64,000 nt of DNA from Asterias rubens (Eukaryota). Below the pieces are notes generated by a model. That model ran no database searches, was not told where the DNA came from, and was given only the letters and a program-made list of their open reading frames with translations. Position numbers and translations under genes: made by a program. Shown one piece after another: positions 27,007 through 39,129 of this stretch (within the stretch, counting starts at the first letter, position 1; every line of letters starts with the position of its first letter). The stretch lies in the NCBI RefSeq assembly GCF_902459465.1, contig NC_047066.1:8122001-8186000 (forward strand), in the 5' to 3' direction.

Positions 27007-29938
27007 TTAAACACACAGAAACATTTTAAAGATGTTGAAGTCTTTTGAAATTATGAGACCAATTTATATAGCACCTTCTTATGATTTTAAGGTGCTGCGA
27101 TGCATTCAGCAGCCACTGCCAGAAACACCAGGGCAAACCCCTATTCTTAGGGATGACTGACTTAAATTTATGTAGTATTTTGGGACTATTTAACTTGTTA
27201 TATTTTTTCAAGCACCATTAAAACCACGCTGATTTCCGTTGTTTTGCCTTCAGCAAAATTAGCAAAATTTTTATTTAAACAGCTTGCAAAATAGACACCA
27301 GATGTACATTCAGTAGGTCAGCCCTTATGCTGGATACAAAAAATCCTAATTTTTTTTTCAACAGCCAACTATCATGCCTGTAAAACAAAATAATGTAGAC
27401 TGGGTTTATTTGGTAAAGTCAGCTGTGACAGCAAGTAGCCCTGCATGCTCAAAGAGGAAATTGTGTATTACATAAAGTAACACATTCATTGTATTACACT
27501 ATTGCTACATTGTATAACATAGTTGCTACAATGTATAACTTTCTAAAACAAGCTAGTAATATGTTCAGTAGCTGTGCTTGTGTTACTTAGTATGGTACAT
27601 GTAATACTAATTGTATCATTATGCAATTGCATTACTTGTTCACCTCTGCCCTCCTTTTTCGAATAGGTTCTTTTAAATTGTGTGAATGGGAACCATGCTG
27701 CCAGGATAGGAAACGGCTGAGCACATTATTACATTGAGCTTTTTGCAAAGATTAACAATTCAAATGTGAAAAGGTCAAATAATTGTTAACATGATTTACT
27801 GGAAAATGTGTGTTGGGTTTAACATGTTTATTTATCGTTGGTTCAAAACTGGCTCTTAGAATTTTGTCTTTGTTCAACCCCAAGTCATTTGTAATATCTT
27901 AGGAAAAATAAATTATGTTCCAATGTTGACTTTGGTTCTTATAAAATAACCTTTTAATTCTTTGAGTAATCAGGAATATTTTATACCATAAAGATAAATG
28001 AGATCCAAATTTTCTCTTACACATGCATTAAGTGCTTGAAGTTAAATATATGTTTAACTGTGTCAGTAAGTTTTTACTTGTTATTTGAATCTGGTTTTGA
28101 AAAAAGAAGTCTTGCTCTGTAATTATTTTTTGCGGTTTCAAGCTCTGTTGTCTGGTGGTTTTTCTCTTATTTCAAGCCTTGCTGTTCACAACAATACTGA
28201 AGACAGAACATTGCATAACCTGGACAAATGGTGTAACAATTTGAACTGATATTTGACAGGGGGGGGGGGAGCATTGGAGAAGTATGGCCCATCTCCTGCC
28301 AAGCTTATGATCAGACTGATATTTAAGATACATATATTTCCCCCCATCCTTCACGCACCGTTAACCTTTATCTGTCTGGCGCTCTCCAAAAGAGCATTGA
28401 TTTTAATCGGTTTATTTGCCGTGCATCCGCAGAGGAAACGCACTCATAATCTGGTAAATTATGTTCCACAGGAATGCTATCAGGCGTCCACTTAGTGGAC
28501 GGCGCACGGTGAGCGGGACACAGGGAGGAACCCTGTCAGGGGCACGCACTTGTGGGACAAGAGGGGGCCCTGCATGTGTGGGATAAGAACTGTTTGCCCC
28601 AAAGGACAGTGGTGGCAAAGTGACAATAGCATAGAGTGAATGTTTTCCCTTTGCATTGTAGAGCAAAATGCTACACGAAATGTTTCAGTGGCTACTCAGA
28701 AATCATCATTTTGCTCACTCGATATTAGCATTCTGTGTACACAAAGTCAGTGCTCTGTCAAAATATTTTGCAATGCAAAAGTACTTGAAGAAATTGTTCC
28801 CTAAATACATACATGGTTTCCATGTCTAGGTTGCTATGTGAAGATAATCTACATTGATCATCAGTTTGGAAAATCATTGTTATAAAACTGAGTACTTTAA
28901 AATGGATTGTGATGCTATTTTTGGACAGGTGTATTCATTTTTATTCTGGATTTTAAAATAGACCTTTTTTTGTGTCCAAATCATGCATTAAAAATAATTT
29001 TCAAAATTTACTAATTACCACATTAATAGTTGATAAATTATAGTGTCTGACTTCACTTAGGATCAGACATTATTGTACTACATGTACACATGTATATGAG
29101 TAAATTAACTAGACCGTTCGTTATGAAATCGATATGGTTAGAAAGGTATTTTAAAAGTAGAATATAATTATTCACACAAATATGCCTCGAAATTGCGTGG
29201 TTTTTCCTTTTACTTAGCGAACAAATGCGGTCGGCCATGTTAGGGAGTCAAAAACTTGACTTCACAAAATGGCGTGCAGTGTTTGTTTATGACGTTTAAG
29301 GAAAACCATGCAATTTTGAGGCATATTTGTGTGGATGGTTATATTCTACTCTTGAAACATCTTTCCAACCATATGCATTTTATAACAAACGGTTTCAAAG
29401 GCGTTTCATAGACCAACTCACCCAATCCAAGGCAACGTGTTCCTTTCAGCTGACACATTTTTGTCTGGTAACCTCATTCTTTTTTTTTAATTATTTTTTA
29501 TTATAGATGTACAGTCCATTGTAGGTTGTTTTTTTGCGCTTAAAGCAGCTCTATGAAAATGGGTCCTAGAGCTTGCTCCCCGTACACAAACATGTATTAG
29601 ATTGTGATTTGTACAAACTCAACGTTCAAATTGAGACATTATGGCACAATTTCATTGCGCTGCCCACATTTTAACTCTGCGCTTACATTCCAGCCAGGAC
29701 ACTGTGGCCTTGGTTACAAGTTTGGTTGTATCTGGTGTCACAAAAGCATCTTTGTTAAAAATCTGCATGCTGTCAAACTAATAATAAAGGAACAAACGTC
29801 CATTCTGCCTTCTTTAAAAAGCAGAATTTGATCTTCTCTAGGGGAAAAATTTAACTGGAATGCCTCTTAGTACTTATTTTTTTATTTTGTTTTTTTGTTT
29901 TTTTTAATACGAATGTCTGGTTTTTGTTTTGTTTGCAG

Positions 29939-30013
29939 AGGTTAAGGAGGATTTGGAACAACTAATGGCCGACATCAAGAAAACGGCAAATAGAGTTCGA
30001 GGGAAATTAAAGG
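29939..30013 (+). CDS. STX1A: Syntaxin-1 exon equivalent to human exon 4 (Habc): (x)VKEDLEQLMADIKKTANRVRGKLK
   Basis: ttgcag|AG...AAG G|gtgagt; 75 nt, phase 1/1 as in human STX1A; peptide matches [24 protein letters not shown]. Confidence 0.95.
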
Positions 30014-30676
30014 GTGAGTGTTTTGAGCCTTTCATCAGGCCTGGAATATGACAGAGACAATGGAGGCCATTGCCTCTTTTGCCCCTGGTCTTGGCCTTGG
30101 TGCCCCTTTCAAAAGTTACCTATAGACTTAAGGATCTTCCAATGGAAGTGCTTGTGCAAAATGAAAATAGCATTGCCCTCCCAAAGATGAAATTCCAGGC
30201 ATTTTAGGAAAACCTAGGTACGGTCAGACGACTGTCCATTTTTGTATTTTTGTATTTTATTTTTTCCATTTTTAAAACCTCAGGTTAGGCTCAGTAATAA
30301 GTAGGATTTGAAAATTGTGCATGTTGGGAGTAAAATCATTGGACATTTTTACAAGTCAACAAATTATGCTAGGAAGAAAAGAAAGTAGGATTTGAAATGA
30401 ATCAAAACCACCCGTAACTTAAACAGAAAATGTACATACATGACAATACCACATATCCTACCATCTTACCGTATAGAAATAGAGGGTTGTGTTTCTTGCT
30501 CTGTCATAGAGTTGCCCTTAATGATGGACAATCTCCCCCCCCCCCCCCCCCCCCACGGTTCAAGGCCTCAGTTGAATTTATAGATATGAATCTTTGACTT
30601 GCCCAAGGGAGCTCTGCCATACCGTCGTTGTCGGCGAGGAAAAACACTTTAAATTATCTTTTGTTTCCCTCCACAG

Positions 30677-30750
30677 TTATGGAGCAAAGTATTGAGCAAG
30701 AAGAGAGTTCGAAAATGAATGCAGCGGATGTCAGAATAAGAAAGACCCAA
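30677..30750 (+). CDS. STX1A: Syntaxin-1 exon 5: (V)[24 protein letters not shown]
   Basis: ccacag|TT...CAA|gtgagt; 74 nt; matches [24 protein letters not shown]. Confidence 0.95.
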
Positions 30751-30764
30751 GTGAGTTCCCGATG

Positions 30765-30997
30765 TCTCTCGCCAACTCTCTTGTTCTTTTTTTGTCTCTC
30801 AGATGTGAGAGAAAGAAACAACGAGAAAGAGAGAAGAATTTTCTTTTCTCCAACTCTCTCGTTCTTTTTGTCTCTCCGATGTGAAAGAAAGAAAGAGCGA
30901 GAAAGAGAGAAGATTTTTCTTTTTCGCCAACTCTCTTGTTCTTTTTGTCTCTCCAATGTGAGAGAAAGAAAGAACAAGAAAGAAAGAAAGAGAAATT
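30765..30997. repeat. ~77-bp pyrimidine/purine tandem repeat x3
   Basis: ccaactctcttgttctttttgtctctc-n-atgtgagagaaagaaag...gagaag units. Confidence 0.85.
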
Positions 30998-32749
30998 GAG
31001 GAGAATTTTCACATAACGAGGCAATTAAAATGAGAGCCAGCTGACAGGAGATGGCTAGGAAATAGTCAACAAAAGAATCTGGAAATAATTATATGCAGGA
31101 TCTTTTTTGTTTTTGCATTTTTGTCTTTATTTAAGTGAGCAGTTGATACTCAGCTAATGATTTCTCTTATCAAAATACAATCCTTCTAATCTTATTACAT
31201 TTTGACGAGAAATTCATGAAAATGTGGAGCCTTTTTGGGGGAGGATTTTTGTTTAGCAGTTTACTTTTAATTTTGAAGTTTTCTTGCTATAGTCATGATA
31301 GCAAATGAACCCCATACCTGTCTTCATTGATCTTCTGTATGAAAAATGCCCGTGCTCAAATTACCTTGTCGGACAATTTAACACAATAATTTATTATGAG
31401 GTGTACCATATATACTAACACAAGCCACTTCATCAACTGTATTATCAAATCATATTTTCATGGGTAATTGTGACAAAACGCAAGTATTGAATGAGAGAGA
31501 TCTGCCTTGAAGAACAAATTGTTCGCCATCCCTTTAAAATGATAAATATAAACCCAAGCACCTGGTTTATCAATGGAGTGATTGGACTACTTGGCTGCAT
31601 TGTGATTATAACAATCAATGTTCGACACCATTCACGCAAAAACAGATGAATTCCACAGACTTACACCTTCCTTGAGACTTATTCAATAAGAAGAAAAAAC
31701 TAAGGCAGTAAGATAGAAAAAATGGTCGACAGGGAGAGAGGGTAAACTCATGACCTTTAAAGACTCGGTCCGTAATACAATTACCCGTACTTTCGTGCCG
31801 GCGCTCATCGTCAGAGGCCAACAGCGCAAACAATCGCTCGTCCAACGTACCCTTTGCAAACTGACAATACAGATGTGTGTCACAGACTTAAAGCTTAAGA
31901 GTCCAAATTGCTGCCTTCTTTGAAGGGATTTTTGTAGGTCTGCGTTGGGAGATTACCTCTGAAGGCTGTGTTATAATATTAAAGGGGAGGACACTGACAA
32001 GTGAGCGTAGAAATTATCCGTTCGCAATTTGCTTAATTGAATTTAAAGCTTTAAGAAACTCAAACAGTTTGGAAGGTTTTGTGTGCCAGAATGTCTTTGT
32101 TATCATTTGCTTCCAACCATGCCATAGGACAAACAATTACATGGGGAGAGAATTGAGCTGACACAAATTAAACGACTGACAAAAAAAGGGGAAAAAATAC
32201 ACTTTTTGTGATGCAGTTTGTCGAAGAACAATAATCAGGATTCTCTTCATGCGTATAGCATATCAGGCTGATACACGCAAATTGCATGCCGATACGCGCA
32301 CAATTTGGTGGATACCCCAACATTAAAACAAATTGTTCACAATAATAATAAAGAGAAAGCCATATTTAATGATCCAGACTGCACAGTTGTACTTTCAAAA
32401 CCAAGAAAAACATTCCTGAAGACCTTCCAATTCAGCGATAAATCCTGGGGTGAACCCTAATATTTTTTTAGATATTATAATAATCGATATGAAAAATAAG
32501 TGTGAGAGATTTTCGGGGACTCTAGGTGGCAGCAGATTTACCCGATCTCAGATATGTGCATATGCCCCAAACTACGTAAACTATGGATTTGTCTGCCGCC
32601 ACCGAGTGCATCATAATTCCACTCAAAGTGACTCAGTATAACTTAAATTCCTTCCATTTTGTAAGTGATCCGAACCCCCCCCCCCCCCAAAAAAAAAAAA
32701 ATCTGTTAATTCTTTGTTCAACTTGAAAATAATTGCAAACCAGTTTTAA

Positions 32750-33128
32750 AGACACTGGACACTATCGGTAATCGTCAAAGACCAGTCTTCTGCACTTGGG
32801 TGTATCTCAATATATGCATAAAATAACAAACCTGTGAAAATTTGAGCTCAATTGGTTGTCGAAGTAGCGAGATAATAATGAAAGAAAAAACACCCTTGTG
32901 ACACGAAGTTGTGTGCTTTCAGATGCTTGATTTCGAGACCTCAAAATCTAATTCTGAGGTCTCAAAATCAAATTCGTGGAAAATTATTTCTTTCTCGAAA
33001 CTACATTAATTCAGAGGGAGCCGTTTCTCACAATGTTTTATACCATCAACCTCTCCCCATTACTCGTTACTAAAGAAGGTTTTATGGTAATAATTATTTT
33101 GAGTAATTACCAATAGTGTCCACTGCCT
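32750..33128. mobile_element. Family A TTAA MITE
   Basis: TTAA|AGACACTGGACACTATCGG...CCAATAGTGTCCACTGCCT|TTGA. Confidence 0.88.
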
Positions 33129-33293
33129 TTGAAAGGGGGACCTTACAGAAAACTTCTTGAATTAGTCAATTAAAACTTTTAATGTTGTTATTAATTAACC
33201 TGCGAATCTACTAACAGACACTCTTTGCATAAGTTTGCACATGCAAACCGTTCCATATCTTATTCTTGTGCTTGATATTTTTTGTTCCCCCAG

Positions 33294-33402
33294 CATTCAA
33301 CGCTTTCCAGGAAGTTTGTTGAGGTAATGACAGATTATAACAACACACAAACGGATTACAGGGAGAGATGTAAAGGTCGTATCCAGAGACAGCTAGAAAT
33401 TA
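33294..33402 (+). CDS. STX1A: Syntaxin-1 exon 6: [36 protein letters not shown]
   Basis: ccccag|CAT...ATT A|gtaagt; 109 nt; near-identical to the syntaxin-1 Hc helix. Confidence 0.97.
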
Positions 33403-33449
33403 GTAAGTATGGTACCCTTAAGACAGTACTGTAGTATAGTCCAAGGCCC

Positions 33450-33739
33450 ACAGTTTGTGTATCACAACTTCTATATAAAATGACCAACCTGTGAAAATTA
33501 AGGCTCAATCGGTCATCGGAGTCTGGAGAAAATAACGGGAAAACCGACCCTTGTAAATAAATCCGTAATTCTCGATATCGAGAATTGATATTGTTTTAAT
33601 GTTTTCTCAAAAAGTAAAGCATTTCATGGAACAATATTTCAAGAGAAGTCTTTCACCATTACCTTCGGTAAACCCTGTAAGTTATTTGTAAATCTGTGAA
33701 CTTTTTTTCTTTTTTTTGTACCGAAAGTGTCCAATGGCT
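33450..33739. mobile_element. Family B TTAA MITE, left end truncated
   Basis: Right end gtaccgaaagtgtccaatggct|ttaa; reverse complement of the 50549-50892 copy. Confidence 0.75.
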
Positions 33740-33789
33740 TTAAGAGGTGACATATGACATATTTTATTTTAAAGAGTTTTGGGTCGAAA

Positions 33790-33875
33790 CAAAAAGAAAT
33801 TGATTAGAGCAGGACATGAACTTGTGACCTCCAGATTAATGTGCCAGCGTTTTACCAACTGAGTTATCTACCCCT
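33790..33875 (-). mobile_element. Short tRNA-derived SINE (plus-strand copy at 52777-52885)
   Basis: Reverse complement tagataactcagttggtaaaacgctggcacattaatctggaggtcacaagttc resembles a degenerate tRNA head. Confidence 0.65.
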
Positions 33876-34051
33876 AATGCTAGCCCTAATGTCTCCTTCC
33901 ATTTTAGTTAGTTTTCACTGGTTCACACAAGTTTACCAACGTAGGTCTTTGAAATCGAAAGTAGTTGCCCAATGTTAATTTGAATCCGTTTGTTCAAATA
34001 ATATAAAATGTCTTTCAAATTTCAATGTTAAGATTTTGTTTCCATCAACAG

Positions 34052-34125
34052 CTGGAAAATCAACCACTGATGAGGAGTTAGAAGACATGTTGGAAAGCGG
34101 AAACCCAGCGATATTCACATCCGGT
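34052..34125 (+). CDS. STX1A: Syntaxin-1 exon 7: (T)[24 protein letters not shown]
   Basis: caacag|CT...GGT|gtaagc; 74 nt. Confidence 0.96.
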
Positions 34126-34972
34126 GTAAGCTACAAAAAGAAACGCATAAATAAATCTGTCATAACACAACGACCTCTTCTGGCTTCTAATTAGAATTGT
34201 TGTGTAGGATAATGCCCAAGGTGCAAGTCATTCGTGGGTAGGAATCCTGAGGTCCATTCGTATCCCAGGAATGGCGCGTACAAAGAGGGCATCATGCGGC
34301 TTGACCACCTATCGCTATTGTTCCAGCGCTCCATTATTTTGAACGAATGGCGCAATATTGTTAAATACATACACCAATCCCGCCATCCATGCAAAATAAT
34401 GGAGTGATGGAACAACAGCAGAATGCATCCCAGGTGGAGGTTAATATCAATTCATCTCCTAGTGTAGTTATGAGCCCAGAGACGCCATTTAGCTAAGTGG
34501 CTATCAAAATTGAGCTCAGAGACTCCATTTTGTCGTTTGGTTTTGTAGTTTAGTGGCTATCAAAATTTCATCATGAGAACTAAGGCTTTATCAAAAATTG
34601 TGGCTATGTCTGGATAGCTGCATTAAGTGTTGAAGTATAGGTCATCCTAAGCGGCATAGACTTTATCGTTGTGAGGTGTGGAATGTGGTGCATACTGAAC
34701 TAGTTAGTACTCCTTGATGTAATTTTTTAGCTAGTCAATATAAAATTTTAATGTGAAGTTTTGCTTACACAAACATCAGAGAGTTAATAGACTGTGCAAG
34801 TTTCGCGCGCATTCAAATTTTGGGACCCGTCAAAGTTTCCTTTTGCATTACAGCAATGCGAATGGGAGCATTGTGCTCCCTCAAGATGTTTGAATATGCT
34901 GAGACGTGCACAGTCTAGTAGATTTTCTTAAACTTTGAGCTCTCATTTTGTAAATGAACTTTCTTTTCTTAG

Positions 34973-35110
34973 ATAATAATGGATACGCAACAGGCCAAAC
35001 AGACGTTGCGTGATATAGAAGCAAGACACAACGATATTATCAAATTGGAGAACAGCATTCGAGAACTACACGATATGTTTATGGATATGGCCATGCTGGT
35101 TGAAAGTCAG
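34973..35110 (+). CDS. STX1A: Syntaxin-1 exon 8 (SNARE motif, N-half): [46 protein letters not shown]
   Basis: ttcttag|ATA...CAG|gtatga; 138 nt; ends at the Qa zero-layer Gln. Confidence 0.97.
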
Positions 35111-35181
35111 GTATGACAGATATAGCAAGGAAGCATTGGGGTTTTTTTTCTCAGTAGTTATTTTTTTTTGGCCTTAATGCA

Positions 35182-35490
35182 GGGAGTCATGGCCGAGTAA
35201 TTAAGAGCATCAAATTCAAGTTCTGGTGGCTAAGTCAACAGGGTGTCGGTTCGAATCCTGCTCATGACACTTGTGTCTTTGAGCAAGACACTTAACTCTA
35301 AAGGCTTCTCTTCACCCAAGGGGTAAAATGGGTACAGAGATGGTTCTTGTGATTGATTTAGCTTAGTTCTCTACATAATTGACAGCACAGGCTATATACT
35401 CCCCAGGGAGCTGTGAGATGGTTTATGGAATGAAATAAATGGCCCAGTGACCAGGGGTAATAATGTACAAGTGCTACGAGTGTCACTGAA
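35182..35490 (+). mobile_element. tRNA-derived SINE with a central ttgagcaagacacttaac domain
   Basis: A-box-like TGGCCGAGTAA at 35190; B-box GGTTCGAATCC at 35248-58. Confidence 0.8.
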
Positions 35491-35928
35491 TTGAATTTTT
35501 TGTAATTTTTTTTTTTATAGAAAGCCAAATTTTAAACTAGCACAAACTAGTTTCTTAGCAAAGACAAATTGGCAGAAATGTACTCCGCGGCAGTAGAATA
35601 TATATCAAGACAAGTTCTGTTATGACAATACAAGTTTAAAATCTAGGCTACTGAAATTTACTGGGGGGGGGGGGGGAGTAAAACGCACAGTCTACTAGCC
35701 CGGTAGTTATGAAAAGCTGAAGGCCTGGGGTGAATTAGCCAGTGGTTCATCACTGGCCAATGTGACCAAAACATTTATTGAGTACAGCCACAAAAAAAAA
35801 CCCCTGACTGCATCCAACCCTTTGTGAAACAACTATATTTTCAGTTAAGTGGAAAGAAAGTTACTTCAACACCTTTGATCAGAGTGTTTTAACGGTTTTA
35901 GTTTTTAAATATTTTTGATTTCCTATAG

Positions 35929-36039
35929 GGAGAAATGATTGACAGGATTGAGTTCAACGTAGAACAGTCAGTGGACTACGTAGAAACAGCCAAAATGGAC
36001 ACTAAAAAAGCTGTCAAGTACCAGAGTAAAGCTAGACGG
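35929..36039 (+). CDS. STX1A: Syntaxin-1 exon 9 (SNARE motif, C-half): [37 protein letters not shown]
   Basis: cctatag|GGA...CGG|gtaagc; 111 nt, ends phase 0. Confidence 0.97.
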
Positions 36040-38199
36040 GTAAGCTATTTATCTCTTTGTTCCTTCATTACCAATAGCCATGTGACTTACAGGTACCAGG
36101 TTAAGACTGTCCCCAATTATGCTGCATGTGTCAGTCAATGTTACTGTATGGATATTGGCTATGGGTACCAGACTTGTTCTGTTGCTATTGTGGAATGTTT
36201 GATTTTTTTGCAGGTTGACCTTTGAACTTTTGTGTATGTATTTGTTAATTTGGTACCATTTTTATTTTAGTATTCTTTGATGTGTTTTATTTTATCTGAA
36301 CTGTGATTTATGATGGAAATTGTAATTGTGGTTAAAGCGTGTGATCGTATTTTTTTATTTGATCAGTTGTTAATATGTGTAAGTGTAGTAATGTAGTCTA
36401 AATGGGCGCCATACACGGCAACTTGTTGAGATCTTTGCCATATACGGCAAGTTGTTGAGATCTTTACTGATTGCAAAGTATGTTGGACCTGACGGGAACC
36501 AATGGTTGTGGATATGTATTTGCATAACCACTGGTTATTTGCTGGATCAACACTTTTGCAAAATGACATCATGCTTTACTTCAGTATTGGGTTTGTTGTT
36601 GTTGTTGTTTGTTGTTGTTTTAGGGGAGGGGGCGTCAAGAAGCTATGGTGTACATCATCTGTGTGTATTCTTTCAGAGAAAATTGCAGCCACAAATGGCA
36701 CCCACAGCGGCCACAAATGGGCGCAAGATACCATCATCTATTTCCACTCATCCCAAAAGGTCAAAGTAAAGGTCATGACCTGAATTGAAATTTTTTCAAT
36801 TTTCACATGTTGACATAATAGCTAGTGTTGTAAAAACAAAACTAGATTTTTTCACTTGTGAGCCAAATGGACATTTATTCGAACCTCGGCTTTGGCTCCG
36901 GAGTCGAAGCCGCGGTTTGGAAAAGGCTCCCTCCAAAGGAAACTATCCTTAATGTGTACCTAGATTCCCTCTCCACAAAAGCAACAGTAAACAACACTGA
37001 TTAAAACAAACTTAATTACCAGAATAAAAGCAATCTGGGAAGTCGCATGATGTGTTTGCAAGAGGATCTATCCATTATTCTGTTGGTGTTTTGTTTTGGT
37101 TTTATTTTTTGTGATCCGTACTCAATGTAATTGTCAAGATGGTTGTCAAGATGCTACTGCAATGCAGAAGACATACATAAGCAGAGGACATCCTTCCAGC
37201 TTCATTGACGAAAGTTGATAACGAAAGAAATGTTTAGTTCCACATTTATGTTCCAACTTTTCTTGTAAGAGGACCAAATTTCAGGAGAGGCAAGTTTCTT
37301 GAACAGCTCCGTCGTCAGTTAAAGTTCCCATTCCTGATTTAGAGATATGTGCGGACAGTGAGTGAGACCTCGACGCCAGTGACATGCAGCAAGATTTTGG
37401 ACATCTTGGCTTAAATATTTTGCACGTTGACTGTTTGCATGTGATTGCTGTTTAATGTACTTACCATTTCAGGCTAACCTGCATTAACCATTTATCATGG
37501 CAGTATGGCTGATCCCATGTAAAGCATGATCAGTTTACTAGTGCAGTCCTTAAGTCCAACACCACTCATTAACTCAACACCCAAATGGTTGATTATGGTG
37601 GTATGCCTGATCCCACACAAAGCATGTCGGTTCCCTGATCAGTACCCAGTCTAACAGAATCAAATAAAACCGGCAGTTGGATTTTGAAAGGTTCGGAGGG
37701 TTTGAGGATAGTGAAAACCAGCTTCTGAGACATTTTGATGAACACTAAAACTTGGACCTAATTTTCTAAAATGTCCCTAAATAATATTTTATCATCTGTC
37801 ATTATTTAGAGTGTTCTTTGAAAAATAAGATAGTAACACAGAGACACGAATTGAGGACTGTGGTATAAATTCTTTCCAGTATTCAAGTGAAATGCTGTGG
37901 TTTATTTCTATTTTGTGGAGTATGTGGCTAGTTAGTAAATCTGGTATAAAAAGATACAAATTTCTTTTTGTTGATTTTTGTTGTGAATTTCGTGTAGTGT
38001 TGTAAAGATTGGTTTTGATTTTTGATTTTTTTTTTTTTAAAGATTCTCTGTGCTTGACTTTTTCCAGTTTGATATTATCTTTCATGGAATATTAACCGTC
38101 ATACTGTTGGTACCATTTTCCATTGAGTGTACCGACCATTTTTTGAAATCATTAAACTGCATGGGTGGTGTGTGCTTGTGCAGCTATGCACAGAACTAT

Positions 38200-38650
38200 C
38201 TATGCACACTTGGTGGGTGCATCGTCCAGGTAATGTCATTATTGCATGCTGGCATAGTTTATCTGTCATTCTAAACCACCAGTGAATGATATGAATGGTG
38301 AGACAGTAGGAGGGTTGACTGTGTACTGGGTAGATGCATTCACCGCATTGTGAGATCATGCTGCAGGCTGGCATAGTTTATCCATCCTTCAAAACCACAG
38401 TGGATGGTATTGAATGGTCGGACAATAAGAGGGTTGACTGTGTACTGAGGAGATGCATTCACTACACGATGTCATATTGCAGACTGTCATAGTGTATCAT
38501 TCAAAACCAGTGTAGAAGATAATAAATGGTCAGATAGTGAGAGGGTTGAATGTGTACTGTGTCTGCATTCACCACGTGATATCATAGTGTACTGATATCA
38601 AAGTGTAGTTTATCTGTCAATCAAAAATTGCAGGGGATGATCCTGATTGG
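38200..38650. repeat. Diverged 121-bp-family satellite units, inverted relative to the 39.1-40.6-kb array
   Basis: gacagtaggagggttgactgtgtactg is the reverse complement of the array core cacagtcaaccctcctactgtc. Confidence 0.85.
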
Positions 38651-38659
38651 TTAGGAGTG

Positions 38660-38830
38660 GTTTTTTTTATGCAAGTCGCCAGACACACAAGGCCTGAATG
38701 CCACTTCAAGGTGTGGGCTACAACCATTTTTTTCCAGAGGCCGTTGCCACCTACTCCTATAGGGCTGAAACAGGGTTACCCCTTTTACAGTCCATACAGA
38801 AGTAGGCTTGGGTATCATCAATTCAAAGCA
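38660..38830 (-). mobile_element. Poly(A)-tailed retroposon 3' end (second copy at ~46370-46512)
   Basis: T-run followed by gcaagtcgcc(a/t)gacacacaaggcctgaa...cacttcaaggtgtgggctac in both copies. Confidence 0.7.
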
Positions 38831-39129
38831 ACGAGAAGAAATGTTTTACCTTTTGGAATTTGTAAATTTAAATTTTCCCCGCATCTCTCTTTTAATACGA
38901 TCAAAAAAATATCTGGATACAGTTATATATTAAATACAATTTCTGATTACGTTTGGAGCCAATGCCATTGTCATCCTTCAGACTCTCATCAATCAAAATT
39001 TCATTTAATCTTTCTACATAATACCTTTTCATTTAATAGCGATGGTTGTAACATCTGGTTACATGTATAGTCATCAATGCTATCTTCTCTCTGCCATAGA
39101 CAAGAGACACCTGTATGTTTTTATGCATT

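Noticed and set aside
30628-31024. 97-123-aa ORFs on both strands
   Set aside because: Only exon 5 is real; the rest comes from the Y/R tandem repeat.
37260-37450. Coding-looking stretch (RRGKFLEQLRRQLKFPFLI)
   Set aside because: No phase-compatible acceptor, stops in all frames and no recognisable family.
38068-38274. Phase-0 acceptor plus FDIIFHGILTVILLVPF...
   Set aside because: No basic juxtamembrane start, and it runs into satellite sequence.
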